From contig NHBH01000001.1 in assembly GCA_002168225.1 (NCBI GenBank), forward strand, positions 288,188 to 352,187: a stretch of 64,000 nt of DNA, in the 5' to 3' direction. Below are positions 1-10,876 of this stretch, piece after piece (the stretch's first letter is position 1; every line of letters starts with the position of its first letter). The DNA comes from Micavibrio sp. TMED2 (GTDB lineage Bacteria > Pseudomonadota > Alphaproteobacteria > TMED2). A model generated the notes under the pieces. That model saw nothing but the letters and a program-made list of their open reading frames with translations, ran no database searches and was not told the origin of the DNA. Position numbers and translations under genes: made by a program.

Positions 1-542
1 CAGGCAAACCGTCGGCGCTCGCTGTCAACCAGCACAATGCGCATGGAACGCTGCACGTGATGCCATGCGGCTTCGGTCATAATCTCGATCCGGGAATTGC
101 CAGACAGCCGATAGATTGTCTGGTGAAAGGCCACATCGGCCGCCAGCAGCCGGTCTATATCACCCTTCGCCATTGCCGCCTGCCCCTCGGCCAGCAACGG
201 CTCAAATATCCCGGCAAACTCATCGGCATGCTCTGCTGCACGTTCGGCGGTAAGCCGCGCCGCCAGCGCATCAAGGGCACCGCGCGCCTGATACATCGAC
301 AGAATATCGTTGGGATCGATCGGGGCGACCATCTGGCCCTTGCGCCCGCGCTCCACCACCAGACCGTCATGGCGCAGCAGCATGAGTGCGTGACTGACCG
401 GTTGCCGACTGACCCCGAGGCGCGAGGCCAGATCCTCCTGCGCCAGATAGGTGCCCGGCGCCAGATCACCGGCCATGATCGCACCCTTCATGGCCTGATA
501 AGCCTCGGTGACAAGATCGGGACGGGTTTCAAGGGCACGCAA
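1..542 (-). CDS. GntR-family (FadR/FCD-type) transcriptional regulator, 3' end truncated by window edge. Not in the ORF track because it is open at position 1. The overlapping + ORF 57..758 has antisense-type composition and is judged spurious.
   Basis: Reverse-strand translation gives ...RPDLVTEAYQAMKGAIMAGDLAPGTYLAQEDLASRLGVSRQPVSHALMLLRHDGLVVERGRKGQMVAPI..., a GntR winged-HTH followed by an FCD-like helical domain. A TTG start at 542 is preceded by AGGAGG. Confidence 0.6.
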   Translation of the reverse strand, partial: MRALETRPDLVTEAYQAMKGAIMAGDLAPGTYLAQEDLASRLGVSRQPVSHALMLLRHDGLVVERGRKGQMVAPIDPNDILSMYQARGALDALAARLTAERAAEHADEFAGIFEPLLAEGQAAMAKGDIDRLLAADVAFHQTIYRLSGNSRIEIMTEAAWHHVQRSMRIVLVDSERRRFA

Positions 543-559
543 GGCAACCTCCTGCGGTT

Positions 560-580
560 TTCTGAATTCGGAATTCAGAA
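560..580. promoter_or_regulatory. Perfect 21-bp palindrome TTCTGAATTC-G-GAATTCAGAA immediately upstream of the GntR gene RBS/start; candidate autoregulatory operator.
   Basis: Seen directly in the sequence. Arms are exact reverse complements. Order on the minus strand is palindrome, AGGAGG, TTG start. Confidence 0.4.
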
Positions 581-838
581 TGCAGAAATCATCGACCCGC
601 GTCAATTCATATCGGTGCAAATGACCGGCATCAGGTTAAATTTCATGGTGGGGTCATACCCCGAAGGGCTTCACCCATATGGTTGCGACATTGAGGTAAC
701 GCCCGTGCCTATCCGGGGGGTGAAAACGCACGAAACCGCTGGATTACGACGGATTTAACAGCATAAACTGATACACCATGAGCATGATGACACCCGCAAC
801 CAATTTGACTGAAGACCACTGCCGGTCGGGAGACCGGT

Positions 839-1459
839 ATGCTTGAGCTCAATTGGCCGGTGCTCGGTGCGGTGGCCCTATTCCTGATGTTTGCCATCAA
901 CATGATGCAGATCCGCTCCAGCATGATGGCGCAGAAAGAGCGGCTCGATAAGGCATGGCGCGAAGTTGAGAACACCCTGCTCAATCGGCGCAATCGTATC
1001 CCGGCCGTGATTCAGGCGCTGGAAAACCATGCCAGCAGCCAAAATCAGGCGATTGACTGGGTACGCAACTTCGCCTCCGCCGTGCGACAGGCGGCAAGCC
1101 GGGCGGAAGTTGCCATCAATGATCCGCGCGAACGGGCAAGGCGTGAGGACGAGCTGAGCAAACGCCTCCGCGCACTGGTCGACCTCGCCGGGACCTATCC
1201 GGATGTGATCGGCAACCCGAATTACCGTGAAGCGCTGGAGCGCCTACAAGCCGCCAATGATGATATTGCCCAAGCCGAGCGTTACTACAACGACAATGCC
1301 CGTGACATGAATGAACGGCTGCAGGGCTTTCCCAACAAGCATCTGGCCAAGTTCTTCAAGCTGAAAACCGCAACACCGTTCCGCATGAAGGCATTGCGCG
1401 TCGATAATGATGATCACGACGCCAATGACCAGATGCACCAGTTCTTCGCCCGTCGCTAG
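839..1459 (+). CDS. LemA family protein
   Basis: N-terminal TM helix then a LemA-like helical domain (…RRNRIPAVIQALENHAS…NDPRERARREDELSKRLRALVDLAGTYPD…). Confidence 0.75.
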   Translation: MLELNWPVLGAVALFLMFAINMMQIRSSMMAQKERLDKAWREVENTLLNRRNRIPAVIQALENHASSQNQAIDWVRNFASAVRQAASRAEVAINDPRERARREDELSKRLRALVDLAGTYPDVIGNPNYREALERLQAANDDIAQAERYYNDNARDMNERLQGFPNKHLAKFFKLKTATPFRMKALRVDNDDHDANDQMHQFFARR

Positions 1460-1477
1460 CGCACAACCGGCTCCCGG

Positions 1478-2242
1478 TCAGTCATTCCTGACCGTGATCT
1501 CATGGCCGATCGCGAGGCCCAGCGCCTGATCCGCCCGACCGGAATTGACCGCGATCTCAACCAGCCCGTTGCTGTTGATGTACCAGAATGGCTGACCCAC
1601 CGGCACATCCGAAAACACCCGGCCATGGCTCACCGTCTTACCGCCCAGATCGAGTACCGCCGTCTCCGCGATATCCTCTGCGAAAATGCCGGTCAGGGCA
1701 TTGCCGTAATGATCGATATAGATGATCTGCGGCAAGCTGTCGGGCCAGTCCGGGCGAGTGATCGTTGCCGGATCAATCGGCGTGGCATCGACCCGCAGGC
1801 CGATTGCCATGCGTGCCGCCACCGGGGCAAACAGGTCGCGGCCATGGAAGCTGTTGGACATGGGCTTGTCCGGGCGCCAGTCGATTGCCCAGGCCTTCGG
1901 CTGCTGCCAGCTGTCCTTGCCATCGGCCTTCAGCGCCCGGCGCAGGACAATGTCGAACAAGCCGTTATCGGGCCCGATGAAATGGTGCTTTTCCGTTGAG
2001 AGCATGATCGGTCGGCGCTCACTGCCAACGCCCGGATCAATGACACAGAAGAATACCGCGCCCACGGGAAACCCGGCACTATAGGCCGCCAGCAGATAGG
2101 CCGAGGCCAATGGATCAAAGGCGGGCGCATCGCTGATCAGGTTGATCACGGGTACCTGCGGTGCCTCGGCGGCAAAAACCGCATGAACCTGACCCAGATA
2201 CGGACCCGAGAGGCCAAAATCAGTAAATGTAACAAGCATATG
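1478..2242 (-). CDS. SAM hydroxide adenosyltransferase (DUF62, fluorinase/chlorinase-like family)
   Basis: MLVTFTDFGLSGPYLGQ… N-terminus and overall DUF62 architecture. Start chosen at internal Met (MLVTF) instead of ORF-track start 2293. Confidence 0.65.
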   Translation of the reverse strand, partial: HMLVTFTDFGLSGPYLGQVHAVFAAEAPQVPVINLISDAPAFDPLASAYLLAAYSAGFPVGAVFFCVIDPGVGSERRPIMLSTEKHHFIGPDNGLFDIVLRRALKADGKDSWQQPKAWAIDWRPDKPMSNSFHGRDLFAPVAARMAIGLRVDATPIDPATITRPDWPDSLPQIIYIDHYGNALTGIFAEDIAETAVLDLGGKTVSHGRVFSDVPVGQPFWYINSNGLVEIAVNSGRADQALGLAIGHEITVRND

Positions 2243-2321
2243 GATACCCGGAATATTGCCACAACAGCTTCCCCGCAATGCCCTGACATGCATTAGAAAG
2301 ATGCAGTTGAAGGCACATGCT

Positions 2322-2338
2322 GTTACCCTATCGGTAAC
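2322..2338. promoter_or_regulatory. Inverted repeat GTTACC-ctatc-GGTAAC in the divergent promoter region between the DUF62 gene and the hybrid sensor kinase.
   Basis: Seen in sequence. 6-bp perfect arms with a 5-nt spacer. Confidence 0.3.
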
Positions 2339-2404
2339 GGATATGGTTTAGCAATTTTGCCTGTCCGCAATTCATTTCAATGACCAGCAATCAACAGCCC
2401 ATCT

Positions 2405-5400
2405 GTGACCCAGCCAGCAACGCCCAGCACCGGCCCGCAATCGGTTGATACCAGTCTTGCCACGGCGTTTGATGCGCTGGATTTCGGTGTTGCCATCTTT
2501 GACCCCGATGACCGGCTGGTGATGGCGAATGCGGCCTTCGGGCACCTGCATCGTCCTGCGGTCCTGACCCTTACCACCGGCCAGAGCTACCATGATTATT
2601 GGGCCGAGTGCTTTGCCCAGGAAATTTTCGCCGACGGCGCGATGGCCCGGGGCATGGTGGAAAATGTCATCGAGAGCGGCGACGGCGATCCGCTCGACCT
2701 GATGCTGACCCACCAGAACCGCTGGCTGCGGATCGAGGACCGGAAACTGGCGCAAGGCCGGATCGTCCTGCGCCATGATATCAGCAACTGGAAAGGCACA
2801 ACGCTCCGCCTGCGGGACGTGGAAAACCGCTTCCGCGTGCTGTGCGATGCCTCGCTCGATGGGCTGCTGCTCCATGATGACGGCATCATCCAAGAGTGTA
2901 ATGGGGCCGCCGCCGAATTGTTCGGCATGCCCATGGACCGGCTTATCGGCCGGGCACCGGTAGAGCTGGTCGCCACGATCGATCAGGGCCGGTTTACCGA
3001 AACCCTCGACCGGGATACCGGCAGCGTTATCGAGATCACCTGCCTCAAAGCCAGCGGCAGCCCGTTTCTGGCCGAGGCCCGGACCCGACGGATCCCGAGC
3101 CGCGACGGCATGGCAGGCGTTATCGCCCTACGTGATGTCACCGAAAGGCTGCGGGTGCAGGATACCCTGCGGCGACGTGAGGGCATTCTCGGTGCCGTCG
3201 GTATCGCAGCGGAAAAGTTCCTCGCCGGTGAAGGCTGGCGCCAGAACCTGCCGACAATTCTCGAACAGCTCGGTACCGCCGCCGGGGTCAGCCATGTGTT
3301 CATCCATGCCCTGACCCAGTCGGATATGGAACATCATGACGATCAGGATGAGACACACTTCCTGTCGAACAACTACAATGTCGCCGAGCAATGGAGCTGG
3401 ACCGCTCAGGGCTATGATGACCTGCTGTTTCAGGATCGCCTCTCCGCCTTCGATCCTATCTCCACCGGTCTGGCACAAATGGCCGATCTGCGCCGCGGTC
3501 GTCCGGCGATCCAGTCACTCAGCGACAGTGACGAGGAACTGCGCGAGCTGATGGAATTTGCCGGTATTCAGTCGTTCTGCATGTTCCCGATCTGCCCGTT
3601 CAAGGATCAGCCGGACCCCTTATGGGGCGTTGTCGGCTTCCTGCAGCTCGACCAGTCACGGCAATGGCTCGATATCGAGGTAAAGACCCTGAGCACCGCG
3701 GTTGACCTGATTGTTGCCGCCCTGGCGCGGGAGCGGGCGGCGAGCCAGTTGCTCAAGGCCAAGGAAACCGCCGAGCGCGCCAGCCGGGCAAAATCCGAGT
3801 TTCTCGCCGTGATCAGTCACGAAATCCGCACGCCGATGAACGCCATCCTCGGCATGCTCGGTCTGTTGTCCGGGTCGGACCTGACCGATGAACAGCATGA
3901 TTTTGCCGATACTGCCAAGGAAGCCGCCGATGGTCTGATGACCATTATCGAGGACATTCTCGATGTCTCGAAGATGGAGGCCGGACGGCTGGTGCTGGAA
4001 AATCGCGACTTCGATCTGGTGGATCAGATCGAGAGCATCATCGATCTGTTCACCGCAAAGGTCAATGACCTCGACCTGCGGATTGCCGCCGATATTCCGT
4101 TCGACATCCCCCGCTATCTGCGTGGCGATGCCGGGCGATTGCGCCAGATATTGCTCAACCTGATCGGCAATGCGATCAAGTTCACCAGCACCGGATCAAT
4201 CCGCATCAGCGTGCGTGAGGAAGGCGACAGCCGCGACGGTATCCATCTGCGCTTTGTGGTTGCCGATACCGGTATCGGTATCTCCGATGAGGGGCAGGAA
4301 GCGTTATTCGGCGATTTCTATCAGGGCAGTGGCAGCCTCAGCCGCAAACATGGTGGCACCGGGCTTGGCCTGTCGATCTGCCGCCGCCTGACCGACCTGC
4401 TCGGTGGTCGGATCGGTGTCGACAGCCAACTCAATCGCGGCTCAAGCTTCTGGTTTACCGCACGGCTGCAACTGGCCCAGCGCGGCAGTAACCAGACCCC
4501 GCCGGAAAAACCGCCATCGCGTCCGATCCTGCTGATTGCCGAACCGTCACTGGTGCGCGACAGCCTGCGTCAGCAACTGATCAGCGGTGGCGCATCGGTG
4601 GATATCGCCCCCGATCTGACCAGCCTGCCCGATGATGTCGATGGCTTCTCCGAAATCCTGATCGACAGCGCCCTGTTCGGTCGCGAGCCACCACGGGTGC
4701 CACGGGAGATGCTCAATGCCAATACCCGTCACCGCGGACCGATCCTGATTGAACGGGCACCGGTCCGACAGGATCGTGAACGCTATCTCGCCGGTGGCTT
4801 TGCCGATGTCCTGCCGATGCCATTCCGGCAATCGGAAGTGCAGGCCGTATTGCATGGCGAGAAAATACCCCTGCGCCGGGATACCAGCGGTCGTCGCGGC
4901 AGTACCGGTACCGCCACCAGAACCCTGACCCGGACCACCATCCTGATCGTCGATGACAGCCTGTCCCGGCAGAACCAGCTCGCACAGCTCATGGAACGGC
5001 AGGGCCATCGCGCGATCTGTGCGGCGGATGCCAAGGGCGCGCTGGAAGTGCTCAATCATGAGGTAGTGAATATCCTGCTGCCCGACCTGACCCATCCGGC
5101 GGTCGAGGGAGCGATCCTGCTGGAGCGGGTACAACAACGCACCACTTCGGACCAGATTATCCGGATCGGCATGATCGACCCGGAACATCTGCCCGATGCC
5201 GATACCGTCGCCCGTCTGACCGCCAGCATTGACCGCAATGCCGAGGATGGGGCGCTGGTCGAGATTATCAAGATGACCATGGCTGCCGATGACCAGAAAA
5301 CCGCTGAACTCGGCGGCACATCGGGACCGCAAGAGACAAAAGGGAAAAAACTGATGGCAAGCGACGAGGATGACAGCGCGATTGACATGAAGGTACTCGA

Positions 5401-5743
5401 TGACATGCGCCAGAGTGTTGGTGATGACATCATCGGCGAATTGGTCGACAGCTTCGAGGTAGAAGCGCGCGAACGTACCACCCGCATTGCCGCCGCCCTT
5501 GTCGCCAATAACCACAAATCCCTGAACGAGGAAGCCCATGCGCTCAAGAGCCTTGCCGGATCATTCGGCGCACCACGGCTGATGGAAATGTGTGCAAAGC
5601 TGGAGAAGACCGGGCGTGAGGGCATAGCCGCCGATGATCCTATACCGTTGGATCCAGCTATGGGTACGACTATCCAGAACGAGGCGGATCAGGTGATCTT
5701 TGCCCTGCGGTCAATCCCGATCCTCGAGCGGGTAGGCAACTGA
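2405..5743 (+). CDS. Hybrid sensor histidine kinase: PAS/PAC x2–GAF-like–HisKA–HATPase–REC-like–REC–Hpt. Uses a GTG start.
   Basis: H-box [17 protein letters not shown] and G2 box [12 protein letters not shown]. Receiver block [14 protein letters not shown]…ILLPDL. C-terminal Hpt motif [23 protein letters not shown]. Confidence 0.85.
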   Translation: MTQPATPSTGPQSVDTSLATAFDALDFGVAIFDPDDRLVMANAAFGHLHRPAVLTLTTGQSYHDYWAECFAQEIFADGAMARGMVENVIESGDGDPLDLMLTHQNRWLRIEDRKLAQGRIVLRHDISNWKGTTLRLRDVENRFRVLCDASLDGLLLHDDGIIQECNGAAAELFGMPMDRLIGRAPVELVATIDQGRFTETLDRDTGSVIEITCLKASGSPFLAEARTRRIPSRDGMAGVIALRDVTERLRVQDTLRRREGILGAVGIAAEKFLAGEGWRQNLPTILEQLGTAAGVSHVFIHALTQSDMEHHDDQDETHFLSNNYNVAEQWSWTAQGYDDLLFQDRLSAFDPISTGLAQMADLRRGRPAIQSLSDSDEELRELMEFAGIQSFCMFPICPFKDQPDPLWGVVGFLQLDQSRQWLDIEVKTLSTAVDLIVAALARERAASQLLKAKETAERASRAKSEFLAVISHEIRTPMNAILGMLGLLSGSDLTDEQHDFADTAKEAADGLMTIIEDILDVSKMEAGRLVLENRDFDLVDQIESIIDLFTAKVNDLDLRIAADIPFDIPRYLRGDAGRLRQILLNLIGNAIKFTSTGSIRISVREEGDSRDGIHLRFVVADTGIGISDEGQEALFGDFYQGSGSLSRKHGGTGLGLSICRRLTDLLGGRIGVDSQLNRGSSFWFTARLQLAQRGSNQTPPEKPPSRPILLIAEPSLVRDSLRQQLISGGASVDIAPDLTSLPDDVDGFSEILIDSALFGREPPRVPREMLNANTRHRGPILIERAPVRQDRERYLAGGFADVLPMPFRQSEVQAVLHGEKIPLRRDTSGRRGSTGTATRTLTRTTILIVDDSLSRQNQLAQLMERQGHRAICAADAKGALEVLNHEVVNILLPDLTHPAVEGAILLERVQQRTTSDQIIRIGMIDPEHLPDADTVARLTASIDRNAEDGALVEIIKMTMAADDQKTAELGGTSGPQETKGKKLMASDEDDSAIDMKVLDDMRQSVGDDIIGELVDSFEVEARERTTRIAAALVANNHKSLNEEAHALKSLAGSFGAPRLMEMCAKLEKTGREGIAADDPIPLDPAMGTTIQNEADQVIFALRSIPILERVGN

Positions 5744-5770
5744 CCACCCGAATATCATTCTGCAGACAGC

Positions 5771-5809
5771 AAAAAGCCCGGCTGGATCGCTCCACCGGGC
5801 TTTTGTTTT
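5771..5809. terminator. Bidirectional rho-independent terminator between the convergent sensor kinase and BI-1 genes.
   Basis: AAAAAGCCCGGctggatcgctccaCCGGGCTTTTGTTTT: GC stem flanked by an A-tract and a T-tract. Confidence 0.7.
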
Positions 5810-5827
5810 CTGGCTGTGGCCAGTGAA

Positions 5828-6550
5828 TTATTCGCGGTTACCCATCAGCATCAGCATGAACTGGAACAGGTTGACGAAGTTGATGAACAGGCTGAGCGCA
5901 CCCATGATGCCGAGGCGCTGGGCCATTTCACCACCACCAACTGCCAGATACATCTGCTTCTGGTTCTGGGTGTCATAGGCGGCAAGGCCGGTAAAGGCGA
6001 TAACACCGATGATGCTGATCGCAAACTGCAGGGCTGATGACTGCAGGAAGATGTTCACCAGGCTGGCGATGATCAGGCCGATAACGCCCATGATCAGGAA
6101 GCCACCCATGGAAGCGAGATTCTTCCGGGTCGTGTAGCCATAGAGTGATGCACCGGCGAAGGTTGCCGCGGTGATGAAGAACACCCGTGCGAGACTCTCA
6201 CCCGTATAGAGCATGAACACATAAGCCAGGGAGACACCCATCACTGCCGTAAATGCCCAGTAGAAGGCATGCAGACCGCCGAGCGACATCTTGTGCATAC
6301 GGAAGTTGATAAAGAACAGCATGACAAGCGGCGCAAAGGCGACGACAAAGTTCAGGCCCGTGCCGTACAGCATGGCGCCAAGCGGCGTCATGACAGTGGC
6401 GAGTGCGGCAAGGCCGGCAACAGCGATACCGCCACCGACCATGTTGTAAACACGCAGCATGTGCTTGCGCAGACCCTCGTCAAAGCTGACACCTGTCGCG
6501 CCCTGACCGAAAACTGCGGATTGATTCTCGTTGGACCAACCGGTCGACAT
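5828..6550 (-). CDS. Bax inhibitor-1/YccA family membrane protein
   Basis: Seven predicted TM helices and a BI-1 family signature region. Strong RBS GGAGGtgtctcgATG. Confidence 0.8.
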   Translation of the reverse strand: MSTGWSNENQSAVFGQGATGVSFDEGLRKHMLRVYNMVGGGIAVAGLAALATVMTPLGAMLYGTGLNFVVAFAPLVMLFFINFRMHKMSLGGLHAFYWAFTAVMGVSLAYVFMLYTGESLARVFFITAATFAGASLYGYTTRKNLASMGGFLIMGVIGLIIASLVNIFLQSSALQFAISIIGVIAFTGLAAYDTQNQKQMYLAVGGGEMAQRLGIMGALSLFINFVNLFQFMLMLMGNRE

Positions 6551-6740
6551 CGAGACACCTCCTCGAAAATTGAAACTGTTTACGGGGCAGATTTCAGCCC
6601 ACCCCTTTCGATAACCGGGCTAATCCCATCATCGTGGTTATGAAAATGGGCAAACATGGTCGCCGGTTCAACCAAAATCGGACTATTTGCGACCGATTTC
6701 GGCAGACCCGTCATCAAATAAAGTTGATCAGCCGCCAGCA

Positions 6741-9302
6741 TCAGTCATTGCGGAGCAGCGGGGCCGGTTTCTGGCCCAGCGCGTGCCAGGTACCGACAAA
6801 GCCGAGACCGATGGTGATCAGCCCGGCAATCAGCACCGTATTCACCACCGCCATCGGCAGGAAAAACCAGTCCATACCCATCATCTGGGTCAGCACCAGA
6901 TAGGCAGTGATTGTGCCGACAACACCGGCAATCAGCGCCGTTGAAACACCCAGCAACCCGTATTCGATCAGGAATGCCCGCAGCACGGTCCAGCGGGTCG
7001 CCCCCAGCACCTTGAGCACCACGGCATCATAAATTCGGCGGCGATGCCCGGCGGCGATGGCACCGGCCAGCACCATGGTACCCGCAACCAGCGTCACGGC
7101 GGCGGTAGCCCGGACAGCAGTGGCGATATTGCCCAGCACCGTATTCACCGTATCGATGGCATCGGCGACCCGGATCAGGGAAATATTCGGGAATTGTGCC
7201 GGTATGCTGCGCTGGATATTCGCTTCCGCCGCGGGTGGTGCCTTGAGCGTCGCGAGCCATGTCTGCGGTGCGCCCTCAAGCAGGCCGGGCGCATAGATCA
7301 GGGTGAAGTTCATCTGCACCGTGCCCCAGTTGACCTCACGCACATGGGCGATCTCTGCGGTCACATTGCGGCCCAGAATGCTGACCGTGATCTCGTCACC
7401 CGGTCCGATACCGAACGCCTCGGCAATACTCTCCTCGACCGATACCAGCGGTGGGCCGTCGCGATTGGCCATGTAGTCAGACGGCCACCAGTCACCGGCG
7501 ATGGTCTCACCCTGATTGACCGGCTCGGCGGTATAGGTGACGCCGCGATCACCGTTCAGCACCCATGCCTCATCGGGATTGACCACGGCCTTGCGCGCTT
7601 CAACGCCGTTCACCTGCATGATCCGCCCGCGCATCATCGGCGTGGCCCGGAAATCGGTCACACCCTCCTCCGCCTCGACCTGCTGACGGAACGGGTCGAG
7701 CTGATCGGGCTGAATATCAATGAAAAAGAAGGTCGGTGCACTGTCCGGGATTCGATCATTGACCGCGCGGGCAAAATTGCCCTCGATCAGCGCCACCGTC
7801 ACCAGCACCGTCAGGCCGAGGCCAAGCGACAGCACCACGGTCGGTGCCGGGCTGCCCGGTCGGTGCAGATTGGTCAGCGCCAGACGCATGGTCGGCAACC
7901 GTGGTCGCCCAACGGCCTTGGCCGCACGAATGATCAGACCACCGGCGCTGTTGAACGCAACCAGCACCAGCACCGCCCCGGCGACAAAGGCCAGTGCGAA
8001 TATCCGGTGATCGGCGGTCAGAATGGCGATACCACCGAGCAGCAGCGCCAGCGCGGCGGTGGCCAGCACATAGATGCGGCGCGGTTCCTGCCGGTTGTCC
8101 TGATACATTTCGCGGAAAATCGCCACCGCTGGCACATCACGGGCATAGCCAAGCGGCCAGACGGTGAAGGTCAAGGCGACCAGATACCCGAACAGGGCCG
8201 CCAGCAGCAGGCCGGGAATATCAAGCCCGATGGCAATACGGATCGGCAGAATGTCTTCCAGCAGCGTGCCCACCAGCAGCGGCACCGTACCACCGATAAT
8301 CACACCCAGCGCCACACCGATACTGGCCAGCACCAGTACCTGCAGCAGATAGGCGCGGAAGATCAGTGAACCGGGCGCACCGACGCATTTCAGCATTGCT
8401 ATGGTGCGGGATTTACCATCAAGATAGCCCTTGACCGCATTGCCGACACCGACACCGCCGACGAGCAGTGCAGTCAGCCCGGTCAGGGTCAGGAACATGG
8501 TCAGCCGGATGATGAAATCACGCAGACCGGGCGAGGCATTGCGGAAATCACGAACCCGCCACCCGGCATCGGGAAACGCCTCGGCAATCGCGCGGCGGGC
8601 CGAGGCCGGGGTCTCGCCATCCTTCAACAGCAGCCGATAATGGTGATAGGTCAGGCTGCCGGCCTGTACGAGACCGGATGCCATCATGGCATCAAGCGAG
8701 ATCAGCACCCGTGGGCCGAGGGTAAAGGTACCGCCTGCCGCCCGGTCCGGCTCCCGATCGATGATGCCAGTGACCGTAAACTGCCGGTCGCCGAGTTCGA
8801 TCTGATCGCCAACATCAAGGCCAAGGCGAATGAGCACGCCCTCTTCTACCACCGCGCCCCAATTATTGTCGGACTGTCGGTCTACAGAAGCGCTGAAATC
8901 CGCGCCATTGGTCAGTTCCACGGCACCATAGAGCGGATATTGCCCGTCCACGGATTTCAGCTCGACCAGCGTTGCCGATTGCGCGCCGAGACCGGTGGCA
9001 CCCGGTATCCGCGCCATCGCCCGAATGTCGATGCCGGTGGAGAGCCTGCCCAGCGTTTCCAGAAATGCCTGCTGTTCCGGGGTTACCGGCTGATAGATCG
9101 TGCGCAGCACCACATCACCACCGAGAATGGCCCGACCGTCATTTTCCAGCCCGTCCAGAACCGCATTGGAGACCGAGCGTACCGCCGCAATCGCCGCGAC
9201 ACCGATCATCAGACACAGGATGAAGATACGAAACCCGGCAATACCACCGCGCAATTCACGGCGCGCAATGCGCCAGGCCATCGACCATGATGCTGCCCCC
9301 AT
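6741..9302 (-). CDS. ABC transporter permease with two FtsX domains (YbbP/LolE-like)
   Basis: ~850 aa with N- and C-terminal FtsX-like 4-TM modules and large periplasmic loops. Start set at MGAASWSMAWRIARRELRGG, 2 nt after the upstream ATPase stop. Confidence 0.8.
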   Translation of the reverse strand: MGAASWSMAWRIARRELRGGIAGFRIFILCLMIGVAAIAAVRSVSNAVLDGLENDGRAILGGDVVLRTIYQPVTPEQQAFLETLGRLSTGIDIRAMARIPGATGLGAQSATLVELKSVDGQYPLYGAVELTNGADFSASVDRQSDNNWGAVVEEGVLIRLGLDVGDQIELGDRQFTVTGIIDREPDRAAGGTFTLGPRVLISLDAMMASGLVQAGSLTYHHYRLLLKDGETPASARRAIAEAFPDAGWRVRDFRNASPGLRDFIIRLTMFLTLTGLTALLVGGVGVGNAVKGYLDGKSRTIAMLKCVGAPGSLIFRAYLLQVLVLASIGVALGVIIGGTVPLLVGTLLEDILPIRIAIGLDIPGLLLAALFGYLVALTFTVWPLGYARDVPAVAIFREMYQDNRQEPRRIYVLATAALALLLGGIAILTADHRIFALAFVAGAVLVLVAFNSAGGLIIRAAKAVGRPRLPTMRLALTNLHRPGSPAPTVVLSLGLGLTVLVTVALIEGNFARAVNDRIPDSAPTFFFIDIQPDQLDPFRQQVEAEEGVTDFRATPMMRGRIMQVNGVEARKAVVNPDEAWVLNGDRGVTYTAEPVNQGETIAGDWWPSDYMANRDGPPLVSVEESIAEAFGIGPGDEITVSILGRNVTAEIAHVREVNWGTVQMNFTLIYAPGLLEGAPQTWLATLKAPPAAEANIQRSIPAQFPNISLIRVADAIDTVNTVLGNIATAVRATAAVTLVAGTMVLAGAIAAGHRRRIYDAVVLKVLGATRWTVLRAFLIEYGLLGVSTALIAGVVGTITAYLVLTQMMGMDWFFLPMAVVNTVLIAGLITIGLGFVGTWHALGQKPAPLLRND

Positions 9303-9306
9303 GCTC

Positions 9307-10035
9307 TCACGCTCCCGCCGTCTGGACATGACCATCGACCAGACTGATCTGCTGGTCGCATTTCGCCGCCAGTGCGGGATCATGGGTAATCAGTACGATG
9401 GTCGTGCCGCGCTGTTGTGCCAGATCGAACATCAGCTGGATCACCTTATCACCGGTCGCACCATCGAGATTGCCGGTCGGCTCATCCGCCAATAACAGGC
9501 GCGGCTCGACCGCAAAGGCACGGGCCAGCGCCACACGCTGCTGCTCACCACCGGAAAGCTGGCCCGGATAATGGGCCAACCGATGGCCGAGGCCAACCAG
9601 CCCCAACTCCCTCTCCGCCACCTCAAAGGCATCCGCGCGCCCGGCAAATTCAAGGGGAATGGCAACATTCTCCAGCGCGGTCATGGTGGGGACGAGGTGG
9701 AATGCCTGAAACACGATGCCGATATTGTCCCGGCGGAATTCGGCCAGACCATCCTCATTCAGCGCTGACAGATCCTGCCCAACCACGGTCACGGTGCCGC
9801 TGGTCGGGCGCTCCAGACCGCCGATCACCATCATCATGGTGGATTTCCCCGATCCCGACGGCCCGACGATCGAGACCGTGCGCCCGGCCGGGATCGACAG
9901 ATCAATTCCCTTCAGGATATTGACCGGACCGGCTTCACTACCAAGTGTTACATGAACGTCATTTAATCGAATGACGGCATCAGCCGCGCTATCATGGTCG
10001 GTAAGGTCGGATTTCGGGGAAGGATTATCGAGCAT
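9307..10035 (-). CDS. ABC transporter ATP-binding protein (YbbA/LolD-like)
   Basis: Walker A GPSGSGKST, signature LSGGEQQRVALARA, Walker B LLLADEPT. Confidence 0.9.
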   Translation of the reverse strand: MLDNPSPKSDLTDHDSAADAVIRLNDVHVTLGSEAGPVNILKGIDLSIPAGRTVSIVGPSGSGKSTMMMVIGGLERPTSGTVTVVGQDLSALNEDGLAEFRRDNIGIVFQAFHLVPTMTALENVAIPLEFAGRADAFEVAERELGLVGLGHRLAHYPGQLSGGEQQRVALARAFAVEPRLLLADEPTGNLDGATGDKVIQLMFDLAQQRGTTIVLITHDPALAAKCDQQISLVDGHVQTAGA

Positions 10036-10768
10036 GTATAAACCGGATTATCAGATGAGCGCTGTTTCGCACTTGCAATATGGCGCTTTTGGGCAGGGAT
10101 TCAAATTCAACAAGCCGTTATTTCTGCTGGTTTTGCTGAGCGTTATGGCGATCTGGATCGCCGCTACCGCCGCCGCACATGCCGCAGAACCCAAACGGAT
10201 CATGCTGTTCGGTGACAGTCTGCTGGCCGGATATGGCCTGAGTGAGGCAGATGGATTTGCCAATCAGTTGCAAGCGGCGCTCGCCGAAAACGGGCAGGAC
10301 GTGACCATTATCAATGCTTCTGTCTCCGGCGACACCACAGCAGGCGGGGTTTCCCGCCTCACCTGGTCGCTGGCCGACAACCCCGATCTGGTGATCCTGG
10401 CACTGGGCGGCAATGACATCCTGCGCGCCATCAATCCGGCCTCGACCCGCGCCAATATGGAAACCATGCTGCAGACCTTCGACCGTGAGGGCATACCCGT
10501 ACTGGTCGCCGGTATGGTGGCACCGAAAAGCCTTGGGCCCGCATATGTCGCCGCCTTCGATCCGATCTATCCCGAGCTTGCCGACCAGTATGATGCGGCC
10601 TATTACCCGTTTCTGCTCGACGGCGTCGCCGGGGTACCGGCACTGAACCAGAATGATGGCATTCACCCGAACGGCAAGGGCGTCGCGCTGATGGTCGAGC
10701 GTATGCTGCCGGTGGTACTCGAGGCACTGGAACAGCTGTCCGCATCCACCGCTAACTCAAGTGGCTGA
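10034..10768 (+). CDS. tesA: SGNH/GDSL arylesterase (TesA-like), secreted. Alternative start at Met 10055.
   Basis: Signal peptide then GDSL block IMLFGDSLLAGYG, GGND block and catalytic DGIHP. Divergent from the ybbA/ybbP-like ABC pair, as in the E. coli tesA–ybbA–ybbP locus. Confidence 0.75.
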   Translation: MYKPDYQMSAVSHLQYGAFGQGFKFNKPLFLLVLLSVMAIWIAATAAAHAAEPKRIMLFGDSLLAGYGLSEADGFANQLQAALAENGQDVTIINASVSGDTTAGGVSRLTWSLADNPDLVILALGGNDILRAINPASTRANMETMLQTFDREGIPVLVAGMVAPKSLGPAYVAAFDPIYPELADQYDAAYYPFLLDGVAGVPALNQNDGIHPNGKGVALMVERMLPVVLEALEQLSASTANSSG

Positions 10769-10876
10769 GTGCTCGGGCTTGCGGTATGAGACCAAAACCG
10801 TCTAAACCACACTAAAGGCATCAGCATGGACTGATGCGCTCGGCATACTGCCTGCTTCCCCCTAGACTGAACCCCT

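Noticed and set aside
57-758. Six-frame + ORF of 233 aa at the window start
   Set aside because: Arg/Gln/Gly-rich low-complexity translation typical of the antisense strand of a GC-rich gene. The opposite strand encodes a clean GntR HTH + FCD domain.
1475-1496. Inverted repeat GGTCAG-tcattc-CTGACC between convergent lemA and the DUF62 gene as a terminator
   Set aside because: Short stem, no U-tract, and it overlaps the DUF62 stop codon. Insufficient support.
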